Source: Dehalococcoidales bacterium
Lineage (GTDB): Bacteria; Chloroflexota; Dehalococcoidia; Dehalococcoidales; W693
Length of the DNA: 64,000 nucleotides
Assembly (NCBI GenBank): GCA_034431095.1
Contig: DAOUDM010000019.1
Span: forward strand, 13,653-77,652
Reading direction: 5' to 3'
In this document: piece after piece, positions 32,960-41,705 of the stretch
How positions within the stretch are numbered: position 1 is the first letter of the stretch
How the letters are laid out: every line of letters starts with the position of its first letter
Program-made: the position numbers and the translations under genes
Notes under the pieces: model-generated
Database searches by the model: none
What the model was told of the DNA's origin: nothing
Seen by the model: the letters and a program-made list of their open reading frames with translations, nothing else

Positions 32960-33825
32960 AGGTAGCCATAATCGGCGGCTCGGGTAAGATGGGGCGGTGG
33001 TTTGCCAAGTTTCTACTGGATGAGGGCAAGGAGGTAGTGTTAATTGGTAGGAGCAAGGCAAAGCTGGAAGAAGCCAAGCGCCAGCTCGGTGTTCCGGTAA
33101 CCACGGATATAGAGGCGACCAGAGGCGCCGATGTCGTCCTGATATCGGTGCCCGTAGACCATTTTGAGGAGGTCGTGGAGCAGGTTAGCCCTTGTACACA
33201 TTCCAATCAGATTATCTTGGACATTACCTCGGTGAAGGCATTGCCGGTAGCGGCTATGCACCGCCATATAAAAAAGGGTCAGGTGCTGGGAACACACCCG
33301 GTATTCGGCCCCGGCGCCAGGAGCTTCGCTAACCACAACTTCGTCCTGACGCCGACGAATCAGGCAGAGTCCGCCCTGGCGGAGAAAGTAAAGAGCTATC
33401 TGGAAACCAGAAGAGCCAAGGTCCATCTGATGACGCCGCAGGAACACGACGATATGATGGCTGTAATCCTGGGGCTGGCTCACTATATCGCCATCGTCTC
33501 CGCCGATAGCCTGACAAACTTCGAACGGCTGAAGGAGATGGAAGCCATCGGCGGTATTACCTACAAGGTATTGCTGACGCTGGTGGAGAGCGTTATCTCG
33601 GAGGACGCCGATTTTTACGCCTCACTGCAGATGAGTCTGCCCAACCTACCGCAGATTCAGAGGGGCTTCCAGAAAAGCTGCCAGGAATGGGCTGACCTGG
33701 TGGAGAAGAAGGACAGGCGGGAGTTTGCCACAAGAATAGAAGCTATAAGAAATAGGCTTGAAGCGAATAATCCCGACTTCGGCAAATCCTACGACAACAT
33801 GTACAAGATTGCCCAGGGGCTTTAG
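32956..33825 (+). CDS. tyrA: prephenate dehydrogenase
   Basis: 289-aa ORF with an N-terminal Rossmann motif IIGGSGKMG and HP.FGP. Its start overlaps the pheA stop. Confidence 0.85.
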   Translation: MKVAIIGGSGKMGRWFAKFLLDEGKEVVLIGRSKAKLEEAKRQLGVPVTTDIEATRGADVVLISVPVDHFEEVVEQVSPCTHSNQIILDITSVKALPVAAMHRHIKKGQVLGTHPVFGPGARSFANHNFVLTPTNQAESALAEKVKSYLETRRAKVHLMTPQEHDDMMAVILGLAHYIAIVSADSLTNFERLKEMEAIGGITYKVLLTLVESVISEDADFYASLQMSLPNLPQIQRGFQKSCQEWADLVEKKDRREFATRIEAIRNRLEANNPDFGKSYDNMYKIAQGL

Positions 33826-33884
33826 CGAGTCGCTGGGACTGCAGAGCCTCTTTTATACGCTATCGCCTGCTAGAACAGAATCCG

Positions 33885-34307
33885 CTATTTGCTCTCTACC
33901 AGCTCGAGCTTAAATGTCAGGTCTTTCCCGGCCATGGGGTGGTTGGCATCTATCGTTATCGCCTTTTCGGCAACTTCGGTAATGGTAACGATAGACATCT
34001 GGCCATTTGCCTTCTGCATCTGCAATCGCTGTCCAACCTCTGGGTTCAAGCCCTTGGGCAGCTGGCTTTTTTCGATTGGTACTAACAGGTCACTGCGGTG
34101 CGGTCCATAGGCTTCTTCCAACGGAATGGTGACCGTCTTCGATTGCCCGACCTCCATGCCTTTGACTGCCGCTTCAAAACCAGGGATTACCTTGCCCTCA
34201 CCCAGGGTAAACTCCAGCGGCTCGCGCTCTGAAGAGGTATCGAATACGGTACCGTCCTCAAGCGTACCCGTGTAGTGAACTTTTACCGTGCTCCCGTCTT
34301 CTACCAT
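33885..34307 (-). CDS. FKBP-type peptidyl-prolyl cis-trans isomerase (SlyD-like)
   Basis: 140-aa ORF with V.VHYTG.L.DG..FD.S and GF..A..GM..G motifs plus an insert-in-flap region. Confidence 0.85.
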   Translation of the reverse strand: MVEDGSTVKVHYTGTLEDGTVFDTSSEREPLEFTLGEGKVIPGFEAAVKGMEVGQSKTVTIPLEEAYGPHRSDLLVPIEKSQLPKGLNPEVGQRLQMQKANGQMSIVTITEVAEKAITIDANHPMAGKDLTFKLELVESK

Positions 34308-34433
34308 AACTAAGCCTACCTTTCTATTTTATAGGTCACCAGCTAAATCGTTTCCCCGGGTTGGGGGTGTAATTAAACTGCTGGATTATATCACAACGGC
34401 AAAGAATCAGCCAGGATTGCTATAGGAGATATA

Positions 34434-34468
34434 AACAGGGAGCTTGTTAAGAGGCTCCCTGTTTTATT
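34434..34468. terminator. bidirectional-looking intrinsic terminator downstream of the lipoprotein gene
   Basis: AACAGGGAGC-N10-GCTCCCTGTT forms a 10-bp stem. It is followed by TTTTATT on the plus strand and by TTTAT on the minus strand. Confidence 0.6.
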
Positions 34469-34508
34469 ATCAAAGATTGAGCTAGTGTACCGGATGTCCT
34501 TCACCAGT

Positions 34509-35261
34509 CTACATCCCCGGTATTTCCATTATCTCCACCCCTTCTGGGAGCTCAAACATACTGTCCGGGATATCGACGAACTCTATATTTTTATACTCTA
34601 TTATAACCGTACCTTCGGCAGTCGTCATCTCTACCCGGATAGGGAACCCGTTTTCTTTCCATATCCACATTTTAGTCGTTGTTACCTCGGCGGTATATTC
34701 GACTACCAGGCAGACCTTACCGTCGAGTGTCTCTGGGTCTAAAATCGTCGGATTGTAGTCCGTAATAGACTGGACTTCATCCATAACGCTTTCCACCGGC
34801 TCGTATGTCATTCCCGTAGCCATGTTCTGGTCTGGATAGTAAATATATATTGTCTGAGCATCCATATCCAGCAGCGAAATTATGGTTTGACCTTCGGCGG
34901 TCACTTCCATCCGCATCTTGTTATTTTTAATCCACATCTTCGTAGTCATTGTTGGCATCCCGGGAGAGGTCATCATCACATCGTATTTCACCGAGGTTAT
35001 GCCGGCTGAACGGCCTAAAATCTCACCCAGTGTTTCACCGGGCGTAGTCGTCGTAGTCGGTGTTGTGGTCGTAGGAGTAGTAGTCGTCGGTGCGGTCGTC
35101 GTTGGCGTTGTTGTAGTCGGTGTCGTGGTCGTTGGCGTTGTTGTAGTCGTCGGTGTGGTGGTCGTTGGCGTCGTCGTTGTCGTGGCACAGTTACAGGAAG
35201 CAATCAATAACACTGCGGTTACCAATGCCGCAATCAACAGCAATGACAGCGATTTCCTCAT
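34509..35261 (-). CDS. putative lipoprotein with Thr/Pro-rich linker and LolA-like/DUF4367-like beta domain
   Basis: The start ATG 35261 has a GGAGGGAGG SD. The signal peptide ends in LLIASC (lipobox-like). About 50 aa of (P)TTTT repeats follow. The C-terminal domain (MWIKNNKMRMEV, MWIWKENGFPIRVEM) is assigned to a family only tentatively. Confidence 0.7.
   Translation of the reverse strand: MRKSLSLLLIAALVTAVLLIASCNCATTTTTPTTTTPTTTTTPTTTTPTTTTPTTTAPTTTTPTTTTPTTTTTPGETLGEILGRSAGITSVKYDVMMTSPGMPTMTTKMWIKNNKMRMEVTAEGQTIISLLDMDAQTIYIYYPDQNMATGMTYEPVESVMDEVQSITDYNPTILDPETLDGKVCLVVEYTAEVTTTKMWIWKENGFPIRVEMTTAEGTVIIEYKNIEFVDIPDSMFELPEGVEIMEIPGM
35030..35185. repeat. short tandem codon repeats encoding the Thr/Pro linker
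   Basis: GGTGTYGTNGTCGTNGG-type units are reiterated about 10 times on the plus strand. This is the complement of the (ACN)4CCN codons. Confidence 0.8.
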
Positions 35262-35332
35262 ATTTAACCTCCCTCCTTGGGCTATACCTGCTGAGTCTAG
35301 TCTCGTCATACTCGATTGTCAATACCTTTTAT

Positions 35333-35355
35333 TGGTGGTGGGGGCTGGATTCGAA
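35333..35355 (-). pseudogene. tRNA 3'-end remnant (T-loop to CCA), similar to the tRNA-fMet 3' end
   Basis: The minus strand reads TTCGAATCCAGCCCCCACCACCA, against TTCGAATCCAACCCCCGCTACCA for tRNA-fMet (20/23 identical). No 5' half is present. Confidence 0.6.
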
Positions 35356-35476
35356 GGGGACGAAATCTCGGAAAACGTAATCACAGAAAATAAGCCCCTA
35401 GGCTTCAAGGGGTAGCTGCTAAGCGTTTTGATGAAATGCTTAAATCACATACTGAGTGATTTTTTTATTAGCAAAA

Positions 35477-35504
35477 AGTAAAAAGCCCCCCATTTGGGGG
35501 GGGC
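35477..35504 (-). terminator. intrinsic terminator of the tRNA transcription unit
   Basis: The minus strand reads GCCCCCC-CCAAAT-GGGGGGC followed by TTTTTACTTTTT. Confidence 0.75.
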
Positions 35505-35510
35505 TGATGA

Positions 35511-35600
35511 TTTCGTTGAGGGGGGTCGAACCCCTGCGAGTTTCCTCAACAGTTTGGCAAGCTACTGCGTATTCCAGTTCCGCCACAGCAGGACGTAGTC
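35511..35600 (-). pseudogene. class-II tRNA-like element (Leu/Ser-type D arm, variable arm and T arm) that does not fold into a canonical cloverleaf
   Basis: The minus strand has GTGGCGGAACTGGAATACGC (D arm as in tRNA-Leu), GAG-GAAA-CTC (variable arm) and AGGGG-TTCGACC-CCCCT (T arm). However, the acceptor strands pair at only 4/7 positions and the anticodon stem CAGT/ACTG encloses a 10-nt loop. Confidence 0.4.
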
Positions 35601-35608
35601 CCAAAAAT

Positions 35609-35683
<75 letters not shown>

Positions 35684-35771
35684 CTGATACTGTATAGTCC
35701 AGTATAGATTTTAGCGGGGGGTGGTGTCAAGGAGCTTTACGGGCTACCGGAACAGTAAAAGAGGCGGCGGC

Positions 35772-37103
35772 TTACTCTTTATCCTTCTCCTGCCACCAGC
35801 CTTTCAGCCGCTCCGAGACCTGCTTTTCGTACCCCTGGTCGCCGGGGGTGTAAAAACGCTTACCCTGCAATGAATCGGGCAGGTTCTGCTGCCTGACGAA
35901 GTGCCCCGGGTAGTCGTGGGCGTACTTGTAGCCCTTGCCGTAGCCGATATCCTTCATCAGAGAGGTCACTGGGTTGCGCAGGTGCAATGGGACCGATTCG
36001 CTGGAGCCTTGCTTAATCTCCTCCTGGACTTTGGTGTAGGCTTGATATAAGGAATTGCTCTTGGGTGCCGTCGCCAGGTAGACGGCTGCCTCAGCCAGAG
36101 CCAGCTTACCTTCCGGCATGCCGATAAAGTGCACCGCCTGCTGTGCCGCCATCGCCACCACCAGCGCCTGCGGGTCAGCCATGCCGACATCCTCGGAGGC
36201 GAAACGCACCAGACGGCGGGCGACGTAGAGCGGGTCTTCGCCGGCTTCCAGCATACGCCCCAGCCAGTAGAGGGATGCGTCCGGGTCGGAGCCGCGCATT
36301 GACTTGTGCAGTGCCGAGATGGTGCCGAAGTGTTGTTCGCCACCTTTGTCGTAGGCTAAAGCCCTCTGCTGAATTGTGTCTTCGATGGTAGCCAGCGAGA
36401 TATGCCGTTTGCCATTGGCGTCCACCGGCGTAGTCAGGGCGGACATTTCCAGTGTGTTGAGGGCCGACCTGGCGTCGTTATTGGACATAGCAATAAGGTG
36501 TTCCAGGGCATCGTCAGCCATCTCTACCTTCAAAGCGCCGAGACCGCGCAAGCCGTCCTTCATAGCGCGAAAGGCGATTATTCTTATTTCGTCACTGGTC
36601 AGCGGCTTGAGGGTGAACACCTGACAGCGGGATAACAGGGGCGAGATGACCTCAAAGGAGGGGTTCTCGGTGGTCGCCCCGATAAGGGTTATGGTGCCGT
36701 CCTCGACAAAGGGCAGGATGGCGTCCTGCTGTGACTTGTTGAAGCGGTGAATCTCGTCAATAAAGAGGATGGTTCGCTGGCGGTTCAGCTTGCGCCGCTC
36801 CTTGGCTTCCTCGATTATCCGCCGCAGGTCGGCGACGCCGGCGCTGACAGCGGACACCGGGCTGAAGTGGGAATCGGTGGTGCTGGCGATGATGTAAGCC
36901 AGGGTGGTCTTGCCACTGCCCGGCGGTCCCCACAGGACGATTGACGGCAGTTTATCGGATTCAATAGCTCTCCTGAGGACACGCCCCTTGCCGACTATAT
37001 GTTCCTGCCCGACGAACTCGTCGAAGCTGGTGGGTCTCATCCGCGCCGCCAGTGGTGCTTCTTTCAATCTATCTTTTTCAAACTGCTGCTCGAACATGTC
37101 CAT
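35772..37103 (-). CDS. rarA: replication-associated recombination protein A (AAA+ ATPase)
   Basis: 443-aa ORF with Walker [12 protein letters not shown], Walker [12 protein letters not shown], and a MgsA C-terminal domain. Confidence 0.9.
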   Translation of the reverse strand: MDMFEQQFEKDRLKEAPLAARMRPTSFDEFVGQEHIVGKGRVLRRAIESDKLPSIVLWGPPGSGKTTLAYIIASTTDSHFSPVSAVSAGVADLRRIIEEAKERRKLNRQRTILFIDEIHRFNKSQQDAILPFVEDGTITLIGATTENPSFEVISPLLSRCQVFTLKPLTSDEIRIIAFRAMKDGLRGLGALKVEMADDALEHLIAMSNNDARSALNTLEMSALTTPVDANGKRHISLATIEDTIQQRALAYDKGGEQHFGTISALHKSMRGSDPDASLYWLGRMLEAGEDPLYVARRLVRFASEDVGMADPQALVVAMAAQQAVHFIGMPEGKLALAEAAVYLATAPKSNSLYQAYTKVQEEIKQGSSESVPLHLRNPVTSLMKDIGYGKGYKYAHDYPGHFVRQQNLPDSLQGKRFYTPGDQGYEKQVSERLKGWWQEKDKE

Positions 37104-37147
37104 AGGCTATCACCGCAACTGCTGTTTTATAATGTTCACTACCTCTA

Positions 37148-38473
37148 TCACTTATACCTCTTTACCTCAAAGCGGTAGAGCTCTACCGGCTCGTTGGGTA
37201 GAATGCCTGCCTTCTGGCGGCAGATGGCAATCTGCTGGTCGACGCTATCTACCCCGTCTAAATCAGGTAGCAGCAGCCCCTTTCTGTAGCCGCACTCTAC
37301 AATAACCCCATACTTCTTTGGGTTCAGTCTGCCTTTGTCTTTTACGGGCCTGGGCTTGGTCAGCACATCCACGCTGTACTCCAGGTTTTTAAGCTCCTTG
37401 GCGGTAACCGGGGGGAAGCGGGGGTCTCTGGTAGCCGAGCTGATGGCGTTGACGATGACTTCCCGGGCGACGGTTTCCTGGGTTGGCCCGAAGGTGCCGA
37501 TACAGCCCCTCAGCCGGCCTAGCTTGTGTAGTGAGACAAAGGTTCCAGCCTGCTTTTTCAGCTCGGGAGCGAGCTTGTCCGGCGGCGGGATGGTACTACC
37601 TTCTTTGATATAGGTCTCCACCGCTTCCTTTGCCAGCCTGACCAGGGGCGACATCTCAGCTGCTTTTATGGTTACTCCGGCGTAGCCGACCACAGCGCTG
37701 TAGTCGCCGGTGGTATCGCCGCTGGTCCGGTACTTCACCAGCTCCGTCTTACCTGCCCCCAACTCCTTAGCCGCCGTGATGAGGCTGACCGCCGGGGCAT
37801 AGCCGCACATTGATATATTAAGCTCTTCTATCCGCCTTAACAGCTCGTCTTCGTCCAGGTTCAGTATAGCCTCGATTGCTTGGTAGTCCTTTCTCTGGGC
37901 GGATTCCTGCGGCTCGTAATGGGTCATATCGCTGGAGGCTATGATGACGACCTCTCGATCCAAGTCTTTGGCCGCCATGGCTATTTCCCTGCCGATCTCT
38001 TTATAGATGGCGCTTGAAGCGTAGGAGAGCACGATGGGTACCAGCCTGAAGTTGCTGTTAAAATACTGTAGAAATGGTAACTGGACTTCAATAGAATGCT
38101 CAAACCGGTGAGCGTTATAGTCCTCCTCCAGGTGTTTTGATGAAGCCAGAATCCGCTTGCCCAGCTCCGAGTCTATCCTCAACTCCCCCAAGGGCGTCCG
38201 CCATATCCCTTCGGTCATAATGCTGAAGGGCTTGCCCAGCCCGGTGTGGTTGGGCCCCATTATAATAAAGGTATCCTTGAACTTGACCCTGGAGATGGCA
38301 GCCCCGGCGACCGAGCCGGAGTATATGTATCCGGCATGGGGCGACACTAGCCCGATTATCTCTTCTTTTATTGCCTTTTCGTCGACCATGCCGGCTATCA
38401 TTTCTCTAAGCTGTGTCGGTGAACCGGGGTAAAACTGTCCTGCCACAACCGCTTCTCTAATCATAAAGACCAC
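37148..38473 (-). CDS. fused AmmeMemoRadiSam system protein B (Memo-like) and protein A (AMMECR1)
   Basis: The N-terminal ~270 aa is Memo-like ([16 protein letters not shown]). The C-terminal ~165 aa is AMMECR1 ([16 protein letters not shown]). It lies directly downstream of the radical SAM partner. Confidence 0.8.
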   Translation of the reverse strand: MVFMIREAVVAGQFYPGSPTQLREMIAGMVDEKAIKEEIIGLVSPHAGYIYSGSVAGAAISRVKFKDTFIIMGPNHTGLGKPFSIMTEGIWRTPLGELRIDSELGKRILASSKHLEEDYNAHRFEHSIEVQLPFLQYFNSNFRLVPIVLSYASSAIYKEIGREIAMAAKDLDREVVIIASSDMTHYEPQESAQRKDYQAIEAILNLDEDELLRRIEELNISMCGYAPAVSLITAAKELGAGKTELVKYRTSGDTTGDYSAVVGYAGVTIKAAEMSPLVRLAKEAVETYIKEGSTIPPPDKLAPELKKQAGTFVSLHKLGRLRGCIGTFGPTQETVAREVIVNAISSATRDPRFPPVTAKELKNLEYSVDVLTKPRPVKDKGRLNPKKYGVIVECGYRKGLLLPDLDGVDSVDQQIAICRQKAGILPNEPVELYRFEVKRYK

Positions 38474-38476
38474 CCC

Positions 38477-39487
38477 CTAAGCTGTCCTGAAATTGAGCTC
38501 GGCACCACAGAATCTGCACTTCGAGCTTGCCAAGCCTGTTACCTCTGCCTGGTAGCCGCACCGCTTAACGGCGGTCTTGCCGCATGAGTAGCAGACGGTG
38601 CTCTCACTGCCGTGCCCCGGGACGTTGCCGGCATAGATGAATTTAAGCCCGGCTTTCTTACCGATGTCGGCGGCATGCTCTAGGGTGGATACCGGGGTCG
38701 GTGGTAAATCGGCGAGGTAGTGGTGAGGATAGAACCTGGTTACATGCCAGGGCGTCAACTCGCCCAGCTCGTCGTGTATCCATCTGGCGATGCCCTCGAG
38801 CTGTTGGTCGTCATCGTTCATGGTAGGTATGATATTGGTAACAACCTCAATGTGCATCCGCCACTTGTCTTTAGCCCTCTTGGCGACATCGAGGATACCG
38901 CGCCAGTGGCTTATCTTCGCCAGTTTACGGTAGAAGGCATCGCTGAAGCCCTTGATATCAACCCGCCAGGCGTCCAGATAAGGACCTATGGTATCCAGCG
39001 CCTCGGGGGTTATGTAGCCGTTGGTAACATAGACGGTGTACAGGTTATTCTCCTTGGCCAGCTTGGCGGAGTCCAGTGTATACTCAAACCAGACGGTAGG
39101 TTCGTTATAGGTCCAGGCTATGCCCTGGCAGTGGTACTCCTTTGCCAGCCTGACCGCCTCTTCGGGTTGAAGCTGGCGCCCTGTCTGCGGCAGGTCGACG
39201 CACGATATCTCCCAGTTCTGGCAGTCCTGGCAGTGGAAGTTGCAGCCCCAGCCGCCGATGGAGAAAGCCAGGCTACCGGGGAAGAAGTGAAACAGGGGCT
39301 TCTTTTCGATGGGGTCAACGGCTACTGATGACGCCTGAGCATAGTTCATACTGTAGAGGGCGCCGTCTTCGTTGCGGTACATTCTGCAGACGCCGCTCTT
39401 ATCCAGCCCTATCCGGCAGCGCCACTGGCAGATGTTACATTGCACCCTGGAGCCAGGGAGTTTTTCATATAGCATCGCCTGGTGCAT
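38477..39487 (-). CDS. amrS: AmmeMemoRadiSam system radical SAM enzyme
   Basis: Has an N-terminal Cys cluster (CNICQWRC) and the radical SAM motif CNFHCQDCQN. The start ATG 39487 has an AAGGGG SD 6 nt upstream. The ORF track starts at TTG 39493. Confidence 0.85.
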   Translation of the reverse strand: MHQAMLYEKLPGSRVQCNICQWRCRIGLDKSGVCRMYRNEDGALYSMNYAQASSVAVDPIEKKPLFHFFPGSLAFSIGGWGCNFHCQDCQNWEISCVDLPQTGRQLQPEEAVRLAKEYHCQGIAWTYNEPTVWFEYTLDSAKLAKENNLYTVYVTNGYITPEALDTIGPYLDAWRVDIKGFSDAFYRKLAKISHWRGILDVAKRAKDKWRMHIEVVTNIIPTMNDDDQQLEGIARWIHDELGELTPWHVTRFYPHHYLADLPPTPVSTLEHAADIGKKAGLKFIYAGNVPGHGSESTVCYSCGKTAVKRCGYQAEVTGLASSKCRFCGAELNFRTA

Positions 39488-39547
39488 AGTCAACCCCTTG
39501 AGCTAATTATATCACTCGGTTGCCGTCAATTATAGGCTTCCTTGAAG

Positions 39548-39955
39548 GTTGGCGGGTGGCTATAGATAAATAAAAGAGAGATTATTTTTCTTAGCAACCT
39601 CTCCCTGCTTAATCCCCCTCTCCTATCAATGAGAGGGGGAAATATCTATAATGGAGGGACTGCGTCCCTCCAAGCCTCCCGCTTTTATAAATGCAAAGCC
39701 TTTCTTAAGCTCTCCAATTTATCGTTCTTCCCTCTCCCTTTAATGAAGGGAGAGGGATAGAGGGTGAGGGATTTATAATAGTTCGCCCCTCTCAAACTCC
39801 CCATTTAAGTCCGTGCCATCTTAAACAACCATCCTAAGCATCCCTGTTTTTCGTTTAAGGGGGGAGTTTGAGAGGGGCCAGCCCCCTCAAATAGAACTTC
39901 CCCTTCCCCTTATTAAGGGGAAGGGGATAAAGGGGATAGGGTTGGTGAAGAAATA
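39548..39955. repeat. intergenic hairpin-repeat cluster C2 (M6-M3-M4-M5 followed by M1-M2)
   Basis: Hairpins lie at 39613-39640, 39653-39671 (GGAGGGAC-TGC-GTCCCTCC) and 39730-39756. A long-range inverted pair lies at 39781-39802 / 39861-39885. M2 with its tail spans 39897-39944. The left part is collinear with C8 and the right part with C1. Confidence 0.9.
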
Positions 39956-39971
39956 AGGCGGGGTTACATTA

Positions 39972-40901
39972 TCAAGCAAGATAGATGATAGCTATACCGC
40001 CGGCTATCATAGCGGTGGCGATGAGCCTTATTGCCAGCACCCCCCTGCCAGTTTGCCCCTTCAGGAGAAAATCGGGCAGGAGGCGGTTAAGGATAAGAGC
40101 CAGGATAAAGACGAATAGGGGGCGGCACCCGCTTATGGTGGCAACCAGAGATACCGGTCCCGACTCCATCGCCCGGAAAATGAGCACGATTCCTGCCATC
40201 GCCAGCGTTTCGTTGACCGTTATTAAAGCCATGGTCGAGTTCCGCCTTGGCATGTTGATTAGCTCCCTGAGAACACCGGAGCGCAATGTAAAAACCAGAT
40301 AAATCCCCGCTAAACAGAGGGAGCCAATCCAGTACATATTCCAGAAGGAGATATAGGACAGGGCATACTTGCTGGCAACGTCCGCTACCGCCATCAGCAA
40401 TCCAGAGCCAAGGAGAAGGAAGAATGTCTTGCCCGGCCAGGTGGTTGAGCCACCCGAACCCCGTTTAATCGAGATGATTACCGCCCCGGTGACCACGACA
40501 ACGATAGCCAGCCACTGCATATAACCCAGCACCTCTCCCAGCAGAGGCGCTGCCATAATGGCGACGAAGACGGGATAGGTGTGGAGCAAGGGAATAGCCC
40601 ATGATACCTCTTCTGTCTTCAGGATATAGATAAAAATCGCTACTGCCACAGCCCGCAGTACCCCGGAAGCTACTGCCACCAGCAACGGCTGGATGCCAAT
40701 ATCCTCGGGCAGTGGGAAAAGGAAGAAGGTAACCAGACCATAGACCAGGATAACGATGCTCACCGGTAGCAGGTAAGCCCGTAAACCGGGCATTCGCCGG
40801 GAGATAAGGTGGCTATCGAGGATGCTCACCAGCGCCAGGGCAACGGTGCCCAGTATAGCTGTGCTGACCCAATCAATTGTCATTAATATACTCTTTACCA
40901 A
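39972..40901 (-). CDS. DMT superfamily (EamA-like) transporter
   Basis: 309-aa ORF with about 10 predicted TM helices and a two-EamA-repeat architecture. Confidence 0.75.
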   Translation of the reverse strand: MVKSILMTIDWVSTAILGTVALALVSILDSHLISRRMPGLRAYLLPVSIVILVYGLVTFFLFPLPEDIGIQPLLVAVASGVLRAVAVAIFIYILKTEEVSWAIPLLHTYPVFVAIMAAPLLGEVLGYMQWLAIVVVVTGAVIISIKRGSGGSTTWPGKTFFLLLGSGLLMAVADVASKYALSYISFWNMYWIGSLCLAGIYLVFTLRSGVLRELINMPRRNSTMALITVNETLAMAGIVLIFRAMESGPVSLVATISGCRPLFVFILALILNRLLPDFLLKGQTGRGVLAIRLIATAMIAGGIAIIYLA

Positions 40902-40984
40902 GTATAAGCAGAACCCAGTTTACACCAAAACGGGCATAGAACTAAACCTTGACTACCCGATTATTAGTAGCTAGACTTGGTGGC

Positions 40985-41572
40985 ATGAAGGTTATCGGTC
41001 TTACCGGCGGTATCGGTAGCGGCAAGAGCACGGTAGCCGGGTTTCTGGTCGGGTTGGGGGTGGTTGTCATTGACGCCGACAAGGTCGGGCACGAGGTTCT
41101 CGAAGGTGATGGCGAAGCCCAACGGCAGGTTGTGGCTGTTTTCGGTCAGCATATCGTTACCCCCGACGGCAAGGTTGACCGTAAGAAGCTGAGCAGTATA
41201 GTTTTTGGCAGCCCTGAGGCACTGTCCCGGCTGAACCGCATTATGCACCCGAGGATTAGTGAGGCGGTAAAAGTACAGCTTGAGCAGTATCGGCAGCAGG
41301 GGGTGGATATAGTCGTCATTGAAGCCCCACTGCTTATTGAGGCCGGCTGGGCGGCAAAGGTTGACGAGGTCTGGGTTACCACTGCTCCCCGGGTGGCAAT
41401 ACTCAAGCGGCTTGAGCAATTGGGGCTGTCTCGTACCGAAGCTATGGCGCGCATTCGTTCCCAGTTGCCAGACAGGGAGCGGGTGAAGCAGGCCAATGTG
41501 GTCATCAACACTGACTGTAGCCTTGATGAGCTTAAAGAAAGAGTGGAGGAGCTGTGGGAGGGATTGTGCTAG
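40985..41572 (+). CDS. coaE: dephospho-CoA kinase
   Basis: MKVIGLTGGIGSGKST starts at ATG 40985. The ORF-track start at 40949 adds 12 non-conserved residues. Confidence 0.9.
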   Translation: MKVIGLTGGIGSGKSTVAGFLVGLGVVVIDADKVGHEVLEGDGEAQRQVVAVFGQHIVTPDGKVDRKKLSSIVFGSPEALSRLNRIMHPRISEAVKVQLEQYRQQGVDIVVIEAPLLIEAGWAAKVDEVWVTTAPRVAILKRLEQLGLSRTEAMARIRSQLPDRERVKQANVVINTDCSLDELKERVEELWEGLC

Positions 41573-41647
41573 GGCAGAAAGTCAAGATATTTAAATGTGT
41601 TAAGCAATGTTAGATGTTCCTGTGCATTCCTGTAAGAGTATAAACGT

Positions 41648-41677
41648 TTGACACCTATAAACGGTTGCTGATAGAAT
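41648..41677 (+). promoter_or_regulatory. sigma-70-like promoter for rplU-rpmA-rpmE
   Basis: TTGACA (41648-41653), N18, TAGAAT (41672-41677), with TGA immediately upstream (extended -10). Confidence 0.6.
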
Positions 41678-41705
41678 ATAGTGTTTTGATTGATGGAGGC
41701 CTGTT

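Noticed and set aside
31535-33061. 508-aa ORF antisense to aroC/pheA/tyrA
   Set aside because: It is a shadow ORF opposite three well-supported, translationally coupled aro genes and has no recognisable motifs.
35444-35468. Plus-strand hairpin ATCAC-N7-GTGAT followed by T7 as the terminator of a small plus-strand RNA
   Set aside because: The stem is only 5 AT-rich bp and no convincing plus-strand promoter or gene lies upstream, so evidence is insufficient.
39494-39547. Extended -10 (TGATATAAT, minus strand, about 39506-39514) as the amrS promoter
   Set aside because: There is no acceptable -35 at 17 +/- 1 nt. The predicted 5' UTR would barely include the SD, so it is left unannotated.
39548-39955. 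CRISPR array or integron attC array as an explanation for the clustered palindromes
   Set aside because: There is no constant-length direct repeat alternating with unique spacers, and units are heterogeneous palindromes. No cas or intI genes are present. Clusters are dispersed among housekeeping genes rather than forming a cassette array.
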